A stretch of 64,000 nt of DNA from NCBI GenBank assembly GCA_903861125.1, contig CAIOTF010000038.1, positions 78,060-142,059 of the forward strand, given 5' to 3'. Source of the stretch: an uncultured Ignavibacteriota bacterium (GTDB taxonomy: Bacteria > Bacteroidota > Ignavibacteria > UBA10030 > UBA8401). Positions 28,908 through 39,400 of the stretch are shown here, piece by piece. Every line of letters begins with the position of its first letter. Positions within the stretch are counted from its first letter, which is position 1. Both the position numbers and the translations under genes were made by a program. The notes below the pieces were generated by a model that saw nothing but the letters and a program-made list of their open reading frames with translations, was not told the DNA's origin and ran no database searches.

Positions 28908-30218
28908 ATGTCCATCGGTATAGAACTCGTACTCATATTCCTACTTGTTGTTTTAAACGGGGTCTTTGCACTCTCCGAGATTGCCATTGTTTCCTCCCGA
29001 AAGCCGCGGCTTCAGCATCTGGCAAATAAAGGAAATCTCCGTGCAAAGGTGGCTCTCGATCTGGCCAATACACCTGATCAATTTCTCTCGACAGTGCAAG
29101 CAGGTATTACGCTGGTAGGAATTCTTGCCGGTGCGTTCGGCGGCGCTACGGTGACGGAATCTGTGACGGCATACATCATTCAATTTCCCCTGCTCTCACA
29201 ATATGCCGAACCAATCAGCCTGGCGTTGGTGGTCGTTTCCATCACGTATCTTTCTCTCATTGTCGGCGAACTTATTCCCAAACAGCTTGCATTGAAGGAT
29301 CCTGAGCGCGTTGCCTGTTTGATCGCCGTTCCGATGAAAAGCTTATCGGTGGTGATGTATCCGATCGTACGCTTCCTAACATTTTCAACAAATATCATCA
29401 TCCGGACATTCGGTATCAAAGACAATACGAATCCTTCCGTCACCGAAGAAGAGATTAAAGTGATGCTGGAAGAAGGAACAAAGGCCGGAACATTCAATGA
29501 AGTGGAACAAGAAATGGTGGAACGGGTGTTCCGGCTGGCGGACCAAAGCGTGAATGCACTAATGACGCCCCGAACCGAGATCATCTGGCTGGATACGGAG
29601 GATACGCTTGAAGAAAATTTCAAAAAGATTAAAGAGAGTTCACATTCGTTTTTCCCGGTGTGCAAAGGGGGAATAGACAACGTGCTTGGCGTTGTTCATG
29701 TGAAAGATCTCTTTTCGGCATCGCTGGCTGGAACGATGGTTTCTCTGGCTGATCATTTACGGAAACCTTTATACATCGTCGAGAATGTATTGGTCGTTCA
29801 ACTGATCGAACAGTTCAAGGAATCGGGAACGCATTTCGCATTTCTTGTGGATGAATACGGCGGGATCCAGGGATTGCTGACTTTGAATGATATTCTGAAG
29901 GCGGTGGTCGGTGAAGAGATCGATTCCGGAGACAAGACGAATCCGTACATTGTACAGAGAGCCGATGGTTCATATCTGATCGACGGAACACTGTTGCTGG
30001 ACGAGTTCAAAGAATTATTCAAGATCGATTCCATGAGCGAAGATGAAACGGGAAATTATCAGACCCTGGCCGGATTTACCATAAACCAGATGGGCAAGAT
30101 ACCAACGGCCGGCCAATTCTTCGATTGGCGTGACCTTCGGATCGAGGTCGTTGATATGGACGGTAACCGGGTTGATAAATTACTGATCAGCAAAATAATT
30201 CCGGCTGAAAAAAAATGA
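28908..30218 (+). CDS. CNNM/DUF21-CBS-CorC membrane protein (hemolysin/TlyC/PaeA family)
   Basis: NGVFALSEIAIVSSRK, STVQAGIT, GELIPKQ, MTPRTEI, VDEYGG and VDMDGNRVDK. Start moved to MSIGIE at 28908. Confidence 0.93.
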   Translation: MSIGIELVLIFLLVVLNGVFALSEIAIVSSRKPRLQHLANKGNLRAKVALDLANTPDQFLSTVQAGITLVGILAGAFGGATVTESVTAYIIQFPLLSQYAEPISLALVVVSITYLSLIVGELIPKQLALKDPERVACLIAVPMKSLSVVMYPIVRFLTFSTNIIIRTFGIKDNTNPSVTEEEIKVMLEEGTKAGTFNEVEQEMVERVFRLADQSVNALMTPRTEIIWLDTEDTLEENFKKIKESSHSFFPVCKGGIDNVLGVVHVKDLFSASLAGTMVSLADHLRKPLYIVENVLVVQLIEQFKESGTHFAFLVDEYGGIQGLLTLNDILKAVVGEEIDSGDKTNPYIVQRADGSYLIDGTLLLDEFKELFKIDSMSEDETGNYQTLAGFTINQMGKIPTAGQFFDWRDLRIEVVDMDGNRVDKLLISKIIPAEKK

Positions 30219-31633
30219 ACAAGCCTCGTCGCAACGATATTCTGATTCCGTTCCTGACAATTTTTCTGGATGTCGTCGCATTCGAATCGGCATTTCTACT
30301 TTCGTACTGGCTTCGATTCTATTCGCCGCTGACCGGATATTTTGAGATCACGCTCGGCGTTCCGCCGATAAGAAGTTACGTAACTGCCTCGTGTGTTTTT
30401 ATTCCCGTCTTTCTGCTCGTCTTCCAATCGCGCAAACTCTACGGATCGCGCCGGAACATTCATTTAAGCGATGAGTTCTTTGCCCTCGTCCGTCTCATCA
30501 CCATCGGTATGATGATCATGATGAGTGCAACATTTTTCTACCGCGAAGTTTCATTCTCACGCGGCGTGTTCATCCTGTTATGGATCACTTCCATTACCAT
30601 GATCACCGCCGGCAGACTATTGGTGATTCGGTTTGAGCGATGGCTGTACAGAAGAAGAAAAGAACTGAAATCGGTAGTGATCGTCGGAAACAATAAAACA
30701 GCAGAGCAGATCTTTTTTCTCTTCACTCATAATCTTGCACTCGGCTATGAAGTGCTCGGATACTATGCAGAGTCAGCGGCTGACAGTTCATCCCGACTCG
30801 CGCAAGGCCGCTATTTGGGAACCATTTCAGCATTGTCCGGCGATATCCTGCCGCTGAGGATCCAGAGTGCTATTGTGGCACTTGCGCATAATGAACAGGA
30901 GAATCTCATAGAACTGCTGCGCGATACCGAAGGAAAGAACATCGAATTCATGATGGTACCCGATATGCTCGAGCTTATGACGAGCCGAATCCGAATACAG
31001 GAAATTGAAGGAATACCTTTTATCACCTTAAAAGATATTCCGATGTCTACATGGAACAGAATACTGAAGAGGAGTTTCGACGTATTATTCACGCTGTGTG
31101 CATTGAGTATTGCACTTCCGGTGATGGCTCTTATCTCCGTACTGATCAAACTCACATCGCGAGGACCGGTTTTTTATATACAGGAACGGATCGGGCTGGA
31201 CGGGAATTCATTTCCGCTTATCAAGTTCCGATCTATGCGGATCGACGCCGAAAAGAGCACCGGACCTGTGTGGAATACGAAGGACGACAGCCGTACAACG
31301 GTAATCGGAAAAATATTACGCCGGACAAGTTTGGATGAACTACCGCAATTGTTCAACGTACTGTCAGGCCAAATGAGCATCGTCGGTCCGAGACCGGAAC
31401 GTCCGTTCTTTGTGGAGCAGTTCAAATCGAATGTTCCAAAATATCTTGAACGTCATCGCGTAAAGACAGGCATGACGGGCTGGGCACAGGTGAACGGACT
31501 GCGCGGCGATGTTCCGATTGAAGACAGAACAAAGTACGACATTTATTATGTTGAGAACTGGTCCCTTGTATTCGACATAAAAATTATTTTGAAAACAATC
31601 CGAGCGGTAATTTTTGCGAGGGATGCTTATTAG
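30215..31633 (+). CDS. Undecaprenyl-phosphate hexose (glucose) phosphotransferase, WcaJ/GumD family
   Basis: N-terminal TMs, CoA-binding-like domain, KFRSM, SLDELPQLFNVLSGQMSIVGPRPE and GMTGWAQV; ATGA overlap with the upstream gene. Confidence 0.92.
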   Translation: MNKPRRNDILIPFLTIFLDVVAFESAFLLSYWLRFYSPLTGYFEITLGVPPIRSYVTASCVFIPVFLLVFQSRKLYGSRRNIHLSDEFFALVRLITIGMMIMMSATFFYREVSFSRGVFILLWITSITMITAGRLLVIRFERWLYRRRKELKSVVIVGNNKTAEQIFFLFTHNLALGYEVLGYYAESAADSSSRLAQGRYLGTISALSGDILPLRIQSAIVALAHNEQENLIELLRDTEGKNIEFMMVPDMLELMTSRIRIQEIEGIPFITLKDIPMSTWNRILKRSFDVLFTLCALSIALPVMALISVLIKLTSRGPVFYIQERIGLDGNSFPLIKFRSMRIDAEKSTGPVWNTKDDSRTTVIGKILRRTSLDELPQLFNVLSGQMSIVGPRPERPFFVEQFKSNVPKYLERHRVKTGMTGWAQVNGLRGDVPIEDRTKYDIYYVENWSLVFDIKIILKTIRAVIFARDAY

Positions 31634-31696
31634 ACTAACGGCCCTTACGGTGCATTCCGATGAACATTGGAACGCTTTCGGGTTTGGAGAGTAACA

Positions 31697-31990
31697 ATGA
31701 TACCACTGCTTATTTTTTACATTCACATCGTCGGTATTACTGCGGCGTTTACATCCGAATATCAAAAGGAAGGATTGAGTGCAGGATTTCTTTCGGTAGG
31801 ATTCTTTGTTCTGATCTTTTCTGTCGGCTGGTCGATCAGTTCGTTTTTTTTGAAATATCTCATCGGCCCTCCCGGGTTCGGTATCTGGCTCAACAGAGAT
31901 ACGCTATCACTTGTTATTTTAACGGTGTGCGAAGGATTTTTCTACTTTTATTATTTTAAGGATTCCAAGAAGCACACCGCGCGCAGTTGA
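31697..31990 (+). CDS. Small hypothetical membrane protein (about 3 TM)
   Basis: MIPLLIFYIH... hydrophobic 97-aa ORF with GGAGAG Shine-Dalgarno; fills the gap before convergent tonB. Confidence 0.7.
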   Translation: MIPLLIFYIHIVGITAAFTSEYQKEGLSAGFLSVGFFVLIFSVGWSISSFFLKYLIGPPGFGIWLNRDTLSLVILTVCEGFFYFYYFKDSKKHTARS

Positions 31991-31991
31991 A

Positions 31992-32771
31992 TTACTTCAA
32001 TGTAAAATTAAATGTAATCGTACAATCCTGTTCCTGCTGCACCTGAGCGTTCAGAAGCGGATCAAACTTCCACAGTTTCACTTTACTCATCGCTGCATTT
32101 TCCAAACGCGTATCCCCTTTTTGAGCCGGCGATGCAGAACGTACTGTTCCGTCCGGTTGGACCCTCACTTTCAATTTAATCTGTGCAGAAATATTCACTC
32201 CCGGCGGATACACCGGCATCTCGCCGACCAGCAATTTCCTGCTGCCTCCGCCGGCCCATTGAACGGCAAATGCTACATTGTCCCCCATTCCTCCCGCTTC
32301 ATTTCCCGAGCCAAACGGCGTTGCCACTTTCATATTGGATGCATTGGAAGATTTGCCGGCAATATTGTCCCGTGTACCAAGTCCGCTCGATACGACATTG
32401 GAATGCTGTTCGTCCGCGGCGATCTTTCCGTTACGGCCCGTGTTGGTTGAAATATCCGCACTGATATTTTTTTTGTTTTGTTTCACGGAGATTACCTCAT
32501 CCGGAAGATCGAGATATCGTCGCGACGGAAGTGCAACCGAATTATCCGTCTGATTGTCCTGCATAGCTTCTTCTTGCGCGGCTGTGCGTTCGGAAGGAAT
32601 TGCGGGTACGGGAGACTGTAGAGAGTTGATATCTCCCCACGTCATCTCCACAAACTGCGGTTCGGGGATGTATTGTTTAAAGGTAGAGAAGAAAAGGATC
32701 ACTGCAACAGCAATATGAAAAAAAATTGAAATGACCCACCCAATATGTACTTCGCGACGGGAATGGACCAT
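31992..32771 (-). CDS. tonB: Energy transducer TonB family protein
   Basis: TM with SxxxH (SIFFH), Pro/low-complexity linker and C-terminal PVYP...VQPDGTV...WKFDP...ITFNF. Start probably 32771. Confidence 0.85.
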   Translation of the reverse strand: MVHSRREVHIGWVISIFFHIAVAVILFFSTFKQYIPEPQFVEMTWGDINSLQSPVPAIPSERTAAQEEAMQDNQTDNSVALPSRRYLDLPDEVISVKQNKKNISADISTNTGRNGKIAADEQHSNVVSSGLGTRDNIAGKSSNASNMKVATPFGSGNEAGGMGDNVAFAVQWAGGGSRKLLVGEMPVYPPGVNISAQIKLKVRVQPDGTVRSASPAQKGDTRLENAAMSKVKLWKFDPLLNAQVQQEQDCTITFNFTLK

Positions 32772-32772
32772 A

Positions 32773-33180
32773 TTAATTCCCTTCAACGGGCTCCGTTGCA
32801 ATCAAAAAACGTTGAGCACCGACCCCTTTTGCCAGATCGATCACTTCCACCGCTTTCTGAAGACTAACGTCTTTGTCCGCCCGGACGATGATCACCTGGG
32901 AGCGGTTTTGATCAAGAATAGGAATTAGTTTCTGACCAAGTGTTTCGGTCGTCACTTCGTCGGAATTGATATATATTCTGCCGGATGTAGTGATGGTTAG
33001 AACGGTCTGCCGGTCTGTCTGCGTTTCACTCGTCTGAGCTTTCGGCAATTGCACCTGGATTCCCGGCGACGAGACAAACGACGATGTAATGAGGAAAAAG
33101 ATCAGCAACTGCAGAACAATATCCGTCAGCGATGCATAATTAAAGTTCGGTTCGATCTTATTTTTACGTTCAAATTTCAT
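32773..33180 (-). CDS. exbD: ExbD/TolR family protein
   Basis: SLTDIVLQLLIFF (conserved TM Asp), VQLPKA and VRADKD. Confidence 0.92.
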   Translation of the reverse strand: MKFERKNKIEPNFNYASLTDIVLQLLIFFLITSSFVSSPGIQVQLPKAQTSETQTDRQTVLTITTSGRIYINSDEVTTETLGQKLIPILDQNRSQVIIVRADKDVSLQKAVEVIDLAKGVGAQRFLIATEPVEGN

Positions 33181-33221
33181 AGTTCAACACTTTTGGTGTT
33201 TCAGGGAACGTATACGCAGCC

Positions 33222-33938
33222 CTATTCATCCTTTGGTTCAAAATATTCGTCATCGGCAAAAACGGTCCGCGCCGGTGCGGATTTACGTTCAGATTTTTTT
33301 TCCGTGCCGGTGCCATCATCATCCAATTGCCCCGTCTTCATTAACGAAAGGAATTCCTCTGCGCTATTCTCAATTTCAAAAACAAAACGATTTACCTTAG
33401 CGACAAAATAATTGTAGAAATAGAGGGCCGGTATACCGACAATCAATCCGAATGCGGTGGTAAGCATCGCTTCCCAAATACCGGCAGCCAGAACGCTCGG
33501 ATTAACATTGCCGCTGAGCTGTTCGATAGTATGAAATACTGCGATCATACCTGTCACCGTTCCGAGAAATCCCAGCATCGGCGCCGTACCGGCCATATTA
33601 GCGAGAACGGAAAGACGTTTCTCAAGATGAAAAATCTCTTCTTTCCCCGCAAGTTCGATCGCTTCTTTCACCGCCTGATGACCATATTTATAATTAAGAA
33701 TGCCGTGTTTAAGAATATTTGAAACGGGAGCTTTTACTTTTGAACACGCTTCCACTGCACTGGCAACATCATTCCTCGTCAGCGCACTGCGGATCTTTGT
33801 CATCAATTGTTTGGGATCGACATTCGAGCGCGAAAGCAGGATATATTTTTCAATGATCACCGCAACGGTGATGAGCGAGCATAACAGAATCGGCCACATC
33901 ACCAGCCCGCCCTTCAAAAATAGTTCTAACAGATTCAT
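33222..33938 (-). CDS. exbB: MotA/TolQ/ExbB proton channel protein
   Basis: KGGLVMWPI, APMLGFLGTVTGMI and GIWEAMLTTAFGL. Confidence 0.93.
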   Translation of the reverse strand: MNLLELFLKGGLVMWPILLCSLITVAVIIEKYILLSRSNVDPKQLMTKIRSALTRNDVASAVEACSKVKAPVSNILKHGILNYKYGHQAVKEAIELAGKEEIFHLEKRLSVLANMAGTAPMLGFLGTVTGMIAVFHTIEQLSGNVNPSVLAAGIWEAMLTTAFGLIVGIPALYFYNYFVAKVNRFVFEIENSAEEFLSLMKTGQLDDDGTGTEKKSERKSAPARTVFADDEYFEPKDE

Positions 33939-33976
33939 TAAGGATCCTTTGAAAATAGTACATACAAAATTAGAAT

Positions 33977-33996
33977 CTCCCTCCGAAAAGAGGGAG
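33977..33996 (-). terminator. Hairpin after the SPOR gene
   Basis: Minus strand ctccctc-ttttcg-gagggag followed by attctaatttt. Confidence 0.45.
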
Positions 33997-34022
33997 CACG
34001 GGAGAAGAGAACGGCGAAAATA

Positions 34023-34613
34023 TTATTTCCCGACTTTCACAATAACCGGTCTGGACTCGAGCATGTGCTCCATCTTTTCCAGTTGTGATGCAGCATCCGC
34101 TTTTGTCTCATAGCGGCCGACGCAAACCCTGAAGTAACTTCCCATCGGTTCAACAAACGCATCAAAGCCGGCATCGGTAAAGATTTTTGCCTGCGCATTC
34201 GCTTTTACTGCAACAGGCCACGAAGAGATCTGAACCGTGAACATTCCGGTGCCGTGAACGATGTTCTTTGCTGACGCTGGTTTTGTCTTGGCGGGGCGAG
34301 TTCCCGTTTCAACCCTTGTCAAATTCTCTTCCAATGCCGGTGCTACTGTTACCGGCGGCGGCGTTTGCCGCTGTACCGTATCCTGCGTTACCGTAGGAAC
34401 ATTTTCCGTCGGCAGTGATACTACTTGAGGGACCGGTTTTTTCTTTCCCCACAATTTTACGATCCCGGTCGTATTGAGAATAAACGCAACCGCACCGAGC
34501 GCGATGGCAGCAGCAACAATAATGATGACAGCCCTGGGAATTCCTCCTCCGCCTCCTGCTGACGATGATCCGGCTCCTTTTGGTGCATCACCTTTGACAT
34601 TTAAGTTTGGCAT
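34023..34613 (-). CDS. Bitopic SPOR-domain protein (FtsN/DamX-like architecture)
   Basis: Short Gly-rich cytoplasmic N-terminus, TM, Pro/Thr linker and SPOR domain FTVQISSW...YFRVCVGRYET. Confidence 0.85.
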   Translation of the reverse strand: MPNLNVKGDAPKGAGSSSAGGGGGIPRAVIIIVAAAIALGAVAFILNTTGIVKLWGKKKPVPQVVSLPTENVPTVTQDTVQRQTPPPVTVAPALEENLTRVETGTRPAKTKPASAKNIVHGTGMFTVQISSWPVAVKANAQAKIFTDAGFDAFVEPMGSYFRVCVGRYETKADAASQLEKMEHMLESRPVIVKVGK

Positions 34614-34652
34614 TGTAGGTTCTCCTTTATTCTGTGAAATAATTATTTTTCG

Positions 34653-36416
34653 CTACCATTGATAACTGATACCGAGCAACAAAAAAATTGTACGCTCCTG
34701 ATATCCGTTCCATACTTCATAATGCTGGTCGAACATGTTGTTCAACTCTGCGTGACCTCGAAACTGCCTGAACAACTCAATCTCAGCTTTCACCCCACTG
34801 AATAGATAACCTGAAGTGGAATGAGAGTTTGAAAAATCCGTATACCGCGACGAATTATATTCTGCAAATGCCTCCGCGTGCAGTCCGAAATCAAAGAAGT
34901 GATGATACGCTGCACCTATTGTAACCTTCGGTATATACGGCATTGTTCCCGTAGAATCTTTTTGACGGACCTTCTGTGTCGAAAAATATGCAACAACATT
35001 CTGTTTTTGATTTAAGCGATACAATGAAGACAGATCAAATTTCGTCGAGCGAACGTCTGAAAGATAAAGAACTTCCCACACTTTTGCACTATTCTTGTCG
35101 TAGAATGTGGGATAATTATTGATATGTTTATAGGTTAATTTCGCTGTCACCGTAATTTCTTCTCTAGGAGTCAGTTCCATTCCCGCATAGTAATTCACCC
35201 GGACATCGGTAGGAACGAGAAGAGCATTAAAACGTGCATAACGATTTTGTTTGATAATTGATGACAGAGTGTTCCGTTCTACGGTTGGCGAAAAACCGGT
35301 ATACATCGAAGCATTTTCGGTAAATGAATAATGAACTTCAATGTTCGGATAAAACCGTCCGCTTGCCGCCCCGACATTGCCTCGATAGAGGAACTGCTGC
35401 AGCGCGATGGAAAGTTGAAGAGACGGCAGAAGCAATTGCTGTGCATCGGCACGAAGGACAAACCATTGTCCCGAATGTAACGCCAGCGAGTCCATGTGAT
35501 AACCGGTTGCGCGGTATTCAGCCTGTCCCCGGATTGATGTTTCAAAGAACCGAGTTGAAGCGTTGCCACCCAGCAGAAATTCTGCCTCCGTCGATTTTAC
35601 TGAATCGCTCGCGGAGAAATAACTCCAACCTGTCCTTGCTGAATAATCGACCCCGCTCAACGCTCTGTACGGAAGAGCATACCGCGAACCGATCCCTCCG
35701 CTTACTTCTATTCCGCTGAGATCACGGACACGATACGGCGATTGTGAAGCAAATGCACGATATGCTTCGCGTCCATATTTTGTCTCTCCGGTTAATTGCG
35801 CGAACGGGATGAACACCGATGATTCCGGCAGCGTATACGAACCGCGCACTCCGAATCCGCCCCGCCAGAATCCGGCATCGGCCACTTTCAAATGTCCCTG
35901 ACTTTCGGAATAATATCCGTTTACCACAAACGAACTTGTCGGACTGTATTGACCGAACCATCCATCAAACTGCGGCGTTGCGTAGAAACCGATACCGGCA
36001 AATACTTTACCGTTCAACGCCCCGGGCGTTTTTGTGAATGACTTAATCTGTTTCGGCGTGAGCGCTTCGCCGACATTGACCGGACGTTCGCCCGGAATTG
36101 GTTTTGCCGGGGAAAAGATCCTGTCCTGATCGTCTTCCGCCTTCGACTCGATGTTCAGATCGATCTTTTCATTTCCGGTAATGACAAATTCGGGAAGATC
36201 GATTTTCGGCAGAGGCGATTCGTTTCGAGGTGCCTGTACATCCGGACGATCAATATTTTTTTTCGCCGCTTCCTTCTTTTCGGATTCCTGGGCTAATGAG
36301 ATGCCGACAAGGAAAAAAAACACAGACACTGACAGGCAGAAGTACGCCGACAAAGAGCAGCGCCGGATCACCGCGTTATCGCGCAAACACGATGATCGTT
36401 TTAAGTCGATGCTCAT
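34653..36416 (-). CDS. Outer-membrane beta-barrel protein, TonB-dependent-receptor-like
   Basis: Signal peptide, TonB-box-like LPEFVITG, alternating amphipathic strands, NNMFDQHY and terminal GISYQW beta-signal; ATGA overlap with the TPR gene. Confidence 0.75.
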   Translation of the reverse strand: MSIDLKRSSCLRDNAVIRRCSLSAYFCLSVSVFFFLVGISLAQESEKKEAAKKNIDRPDVQAPRNESPLPKIDLPEFVITGNEKIDLNIESKAEDDQDRIFSPAKPIPGERPVNVGEALTPKQIKSFTKTPGALNGKVFAGIGFYATPQFDGWFGQYSPTSSFVVNGYYSESQGHLKVADAGFWRGGFGVRGSYTLPESSVFIPFAQLTGETKYGREAYRAFASQSPYRVRDLSGIEVSGGIGSRYALPYRALSGVDYSARTGWSYFSASDSVKSTEAEFLLGGNASTRFFETSIRGQAEYRATGYHMDSLALHSGQWFVLRADAQQLLLPSLQLSIALQQFLYRGNVGAASGRFYPNIEVHYSFTENASMYTGFSPTVERNTLSSIIKQNRYARFNALLVPTDVRVNYYAGMELTPREEITVTAKLTYKHINNYPTFYDKNSAKVWEVLYLSDVRSTKFDLSSLYRLNQKQNVVAYFSTQKVRQKDSTGTMPYIPKVTIGAAYHHFFDFGLHAEAFAEYNSSRYTDFSNSHSTSGYLFSGVKAEIELFRQFRGHAELNNMFDQHYEVWNGYQERTIFLLLGISYQW

Positions 36417-39400
36417 AAGTGCTCCAGCGATTTTAATTTTTTCTCGGCCGGCGGGACCAGATCGGCAACTTTATTTTGTTTCACAACGAAGTTGTATGCA
36501 TCCTTCGCTTTTTGAATCTGATTTGTCTTTTCATAACATTCGCCGAGATTGAATGATGAACGTCCTATCCATTGCGCAGCAGCCGGAAATACGTACCGCA
36601 CACGCAGATAATTCACGATCGCTTCGGAATAGTTGTTCTGTGTTTGATACACGAGTCCGACGGCATATTGTGCTTCCGCTGCGATCTCGTCGGTTCTGTT
36701 CACTGCAACCGATTTGAAATATTCTATCGCTTTAGCGTATTGTTCCGATTCATTGTTCAGCCAGCCAAGGGCAAGTTTGCTTCTATCCGCTGCTGTGGTC
36801 TTACCATATTTTGTAAATGTTTCTTCAAATTTTTTCACGGCTGCTTTCAGCTGACCGGTACCCTTGAGCACCAATGCCTGCTGGTACGATGCTTCCGAAG
36901 CTTCATTAGAAGCAGGATATTGTTCTTCGATCCTGGCATACGCACTCAGCGCAATATCCGGTTTCCCGCGCTGCGACGAAATTCCTCCGGCTTCAAACAG
37001 AGCAGCGCTCGCTACGCGACTTGCCGGATATTTTTCTGCGGAAGTTGTGAATGATTCAAGAGCCGCCTGTGCGTTGCCTAAACCCTGATAGGATTTTCCC
37101 AACCAGAAATGCGCATCGCCGAGAAGTTTACTTTTCGGAAACCGGTCCAAGAAATCTTTGTATGCAACAATTGCGCTGTCATACTGTTTCTGACCGTAAA
37201 AAAGATCACCTTTTTTAAAGAATAGTTCATCCGCAAGCCGTACATTGGGATTCGATTTAACAAAATCATCAATCACCATAATCGCTTCGAGTGGTTTCCC
37301 CAATAAAACAAAGCAATATTGCATTCCATTGACAGCATCGCTTGCCAGGATTGAATTGTCGTATTTTTTGACAACATCGCTGTAGGCGGTTATTGCTTCA
37401 GGATATTTTTCAAGATTATAATATGCATCGGCGATGCTGTACTGGGCACGAGAGGCCATGTCGCTTTTCGGGAAATTTTTAATAAGCTTTTCAAATTCTG
37501 TAATCGCCTGTTGATACCGTTTGTTCTGAAAATGAATAAGTCCAATTCCATATTGGGCATCATCAGCATACTGAGACCTTGGATATTTGCTCATCAGTTC
37601 GGTGAACCGTGCAATTCCTTCTATATCATTTTTGGTCCTGTACTCAGCGTTCGCTACCTGATACAGTGCGTAATCATTATTCTGTGCCGCGGGATTACCT
37701 TTGATATAACTGCGATATGCCTCGCTTGCCTTGTCGTATATTTTTGCGGCATAATAACTATCGGCAATGCGAAGTTGAGCATCCTGCGTAAATTTTTTTG
37801 CGGAATCGCTTTCAACCACTTTCTCAAATGCATTTGCCGCCGGAAGATATTTCCCCTGTTTCAGATATGACCAAGCCAAGCCATACTGTGCATCTGCCCT
37901 TTTTGCCGCTGGAAGATCATTCAATGCTTCAGCGTAAAAGTGTTCCGCTTCAAGGAATTTTTGGATCTGGAAATACGACTCCGCAGCCCAAAAATCTGCT
38001 TCGGCCTTCTGCGGTTGTTTCGCGTTTCTGCGTGAAAATTGTTCAAATAGTTTTGCCGCATCGGAGAACTTCTTCATTTTATACAGTGCCCATGCTTCCT
38101 GGAATTGAGCATCGCTTTTCAAGGAAGAATTTGCCGTTTCAATTTTTCCCGCATTGCGGAACGCTGTTAACGCGCTGTCGAATTTTTTCTGTGCAAGATA
38201 GGTTTCGCCGACCATTCTGAGCGCATCGGCTATGACATCTCCCTGTTTGAATTTCGCAGTGATCTGCTGAAACGATTCAAGGGCTTTCCCGTAATCTTTC
38301 TTTTCGAAATAGATCATGCCGGATTCATAAAGAGCATTGTCGGAGAATTCACCTGTGGGCCGTGCCGCAACGGTTGCGAGATACGATGTCAAGGCGCTGT
38401 CGATATTTCCGCTCAATTGAAGCGAGCGGCCTTTCCGGAACATAGACTTGTGGGCAATGTCATCATTCCCTGATGAAAGTTCGCCGAATATTTTTCCCGC
38501 CTGATCGTATTCTTTAAGATTCAGATATGTCCACGCGTACGAATACTGAACATCACGAGTAATGATACTTGCGGGATATTTTTGTAAAAACGCACTGTAG
38601 AATGTTTTTGCTTTGGGATAGTCAGCAAGACTATAATATGATTCACCGATCAGATATTCACTCCGCTGTACTTCCGTTGAATCACTCAATAGTATTCGCG
38701 CCTGCGTCAGGTAATCAATACATTTCTTGTAATCATGCGACTGGAAATAACACTCGCCGATACGGACAGTTGTGGCGGAAAAAAGATCACTCTCCTTCTT
38801 TTCCGTCTGTAATTTTTGATATATCTCGATTGCTTTTCCGTATTCCTTTTTCCGTTCATGCGTCCAGCCGATCGAATAAAGGGCATAATCGACCAGCCGG
38901 TGTTTTGGATAGCGCTCGTAACTGACTTTAAAATAGATCTGAGCATTAGCAACGTCGTTCAGTTTTAAATAACATTCCCCTACCCAGTATGCTGCTTCGC
39001 CGGCCTGATCATTAAGCGGAAATTTCTCATACACTTCACGATAATACGATATGGCATCTTTATACGCTGTCTGCGCATAATTCATTTCACCGAGCCGGAA
39101 AAGGGCATCGAGTCGAAGTTTGTGTTTCGGATAATCCTGGGCAAAATTTTTGAAGATGGAAACAGCCGATTGGTACTGATTCAGCCGAAACTGAGACTCT
39201 GCAGAAAGGAATATCGCATCGGGTCTTTTTACACTGTTCGGATATTGATCGATGAATTTTTTGAACTGTTCAAATGATAACTGGTATAGCTTATCGTCAA
39301 AAAGTCCAAACGCAAATGCATAATCCTGTTCTTCCTGCAGCTCTCCCGATGTCTGCTGCGCCTGCAGGATTCCGGCAAAAAACACAATAAAAAGGACGAA

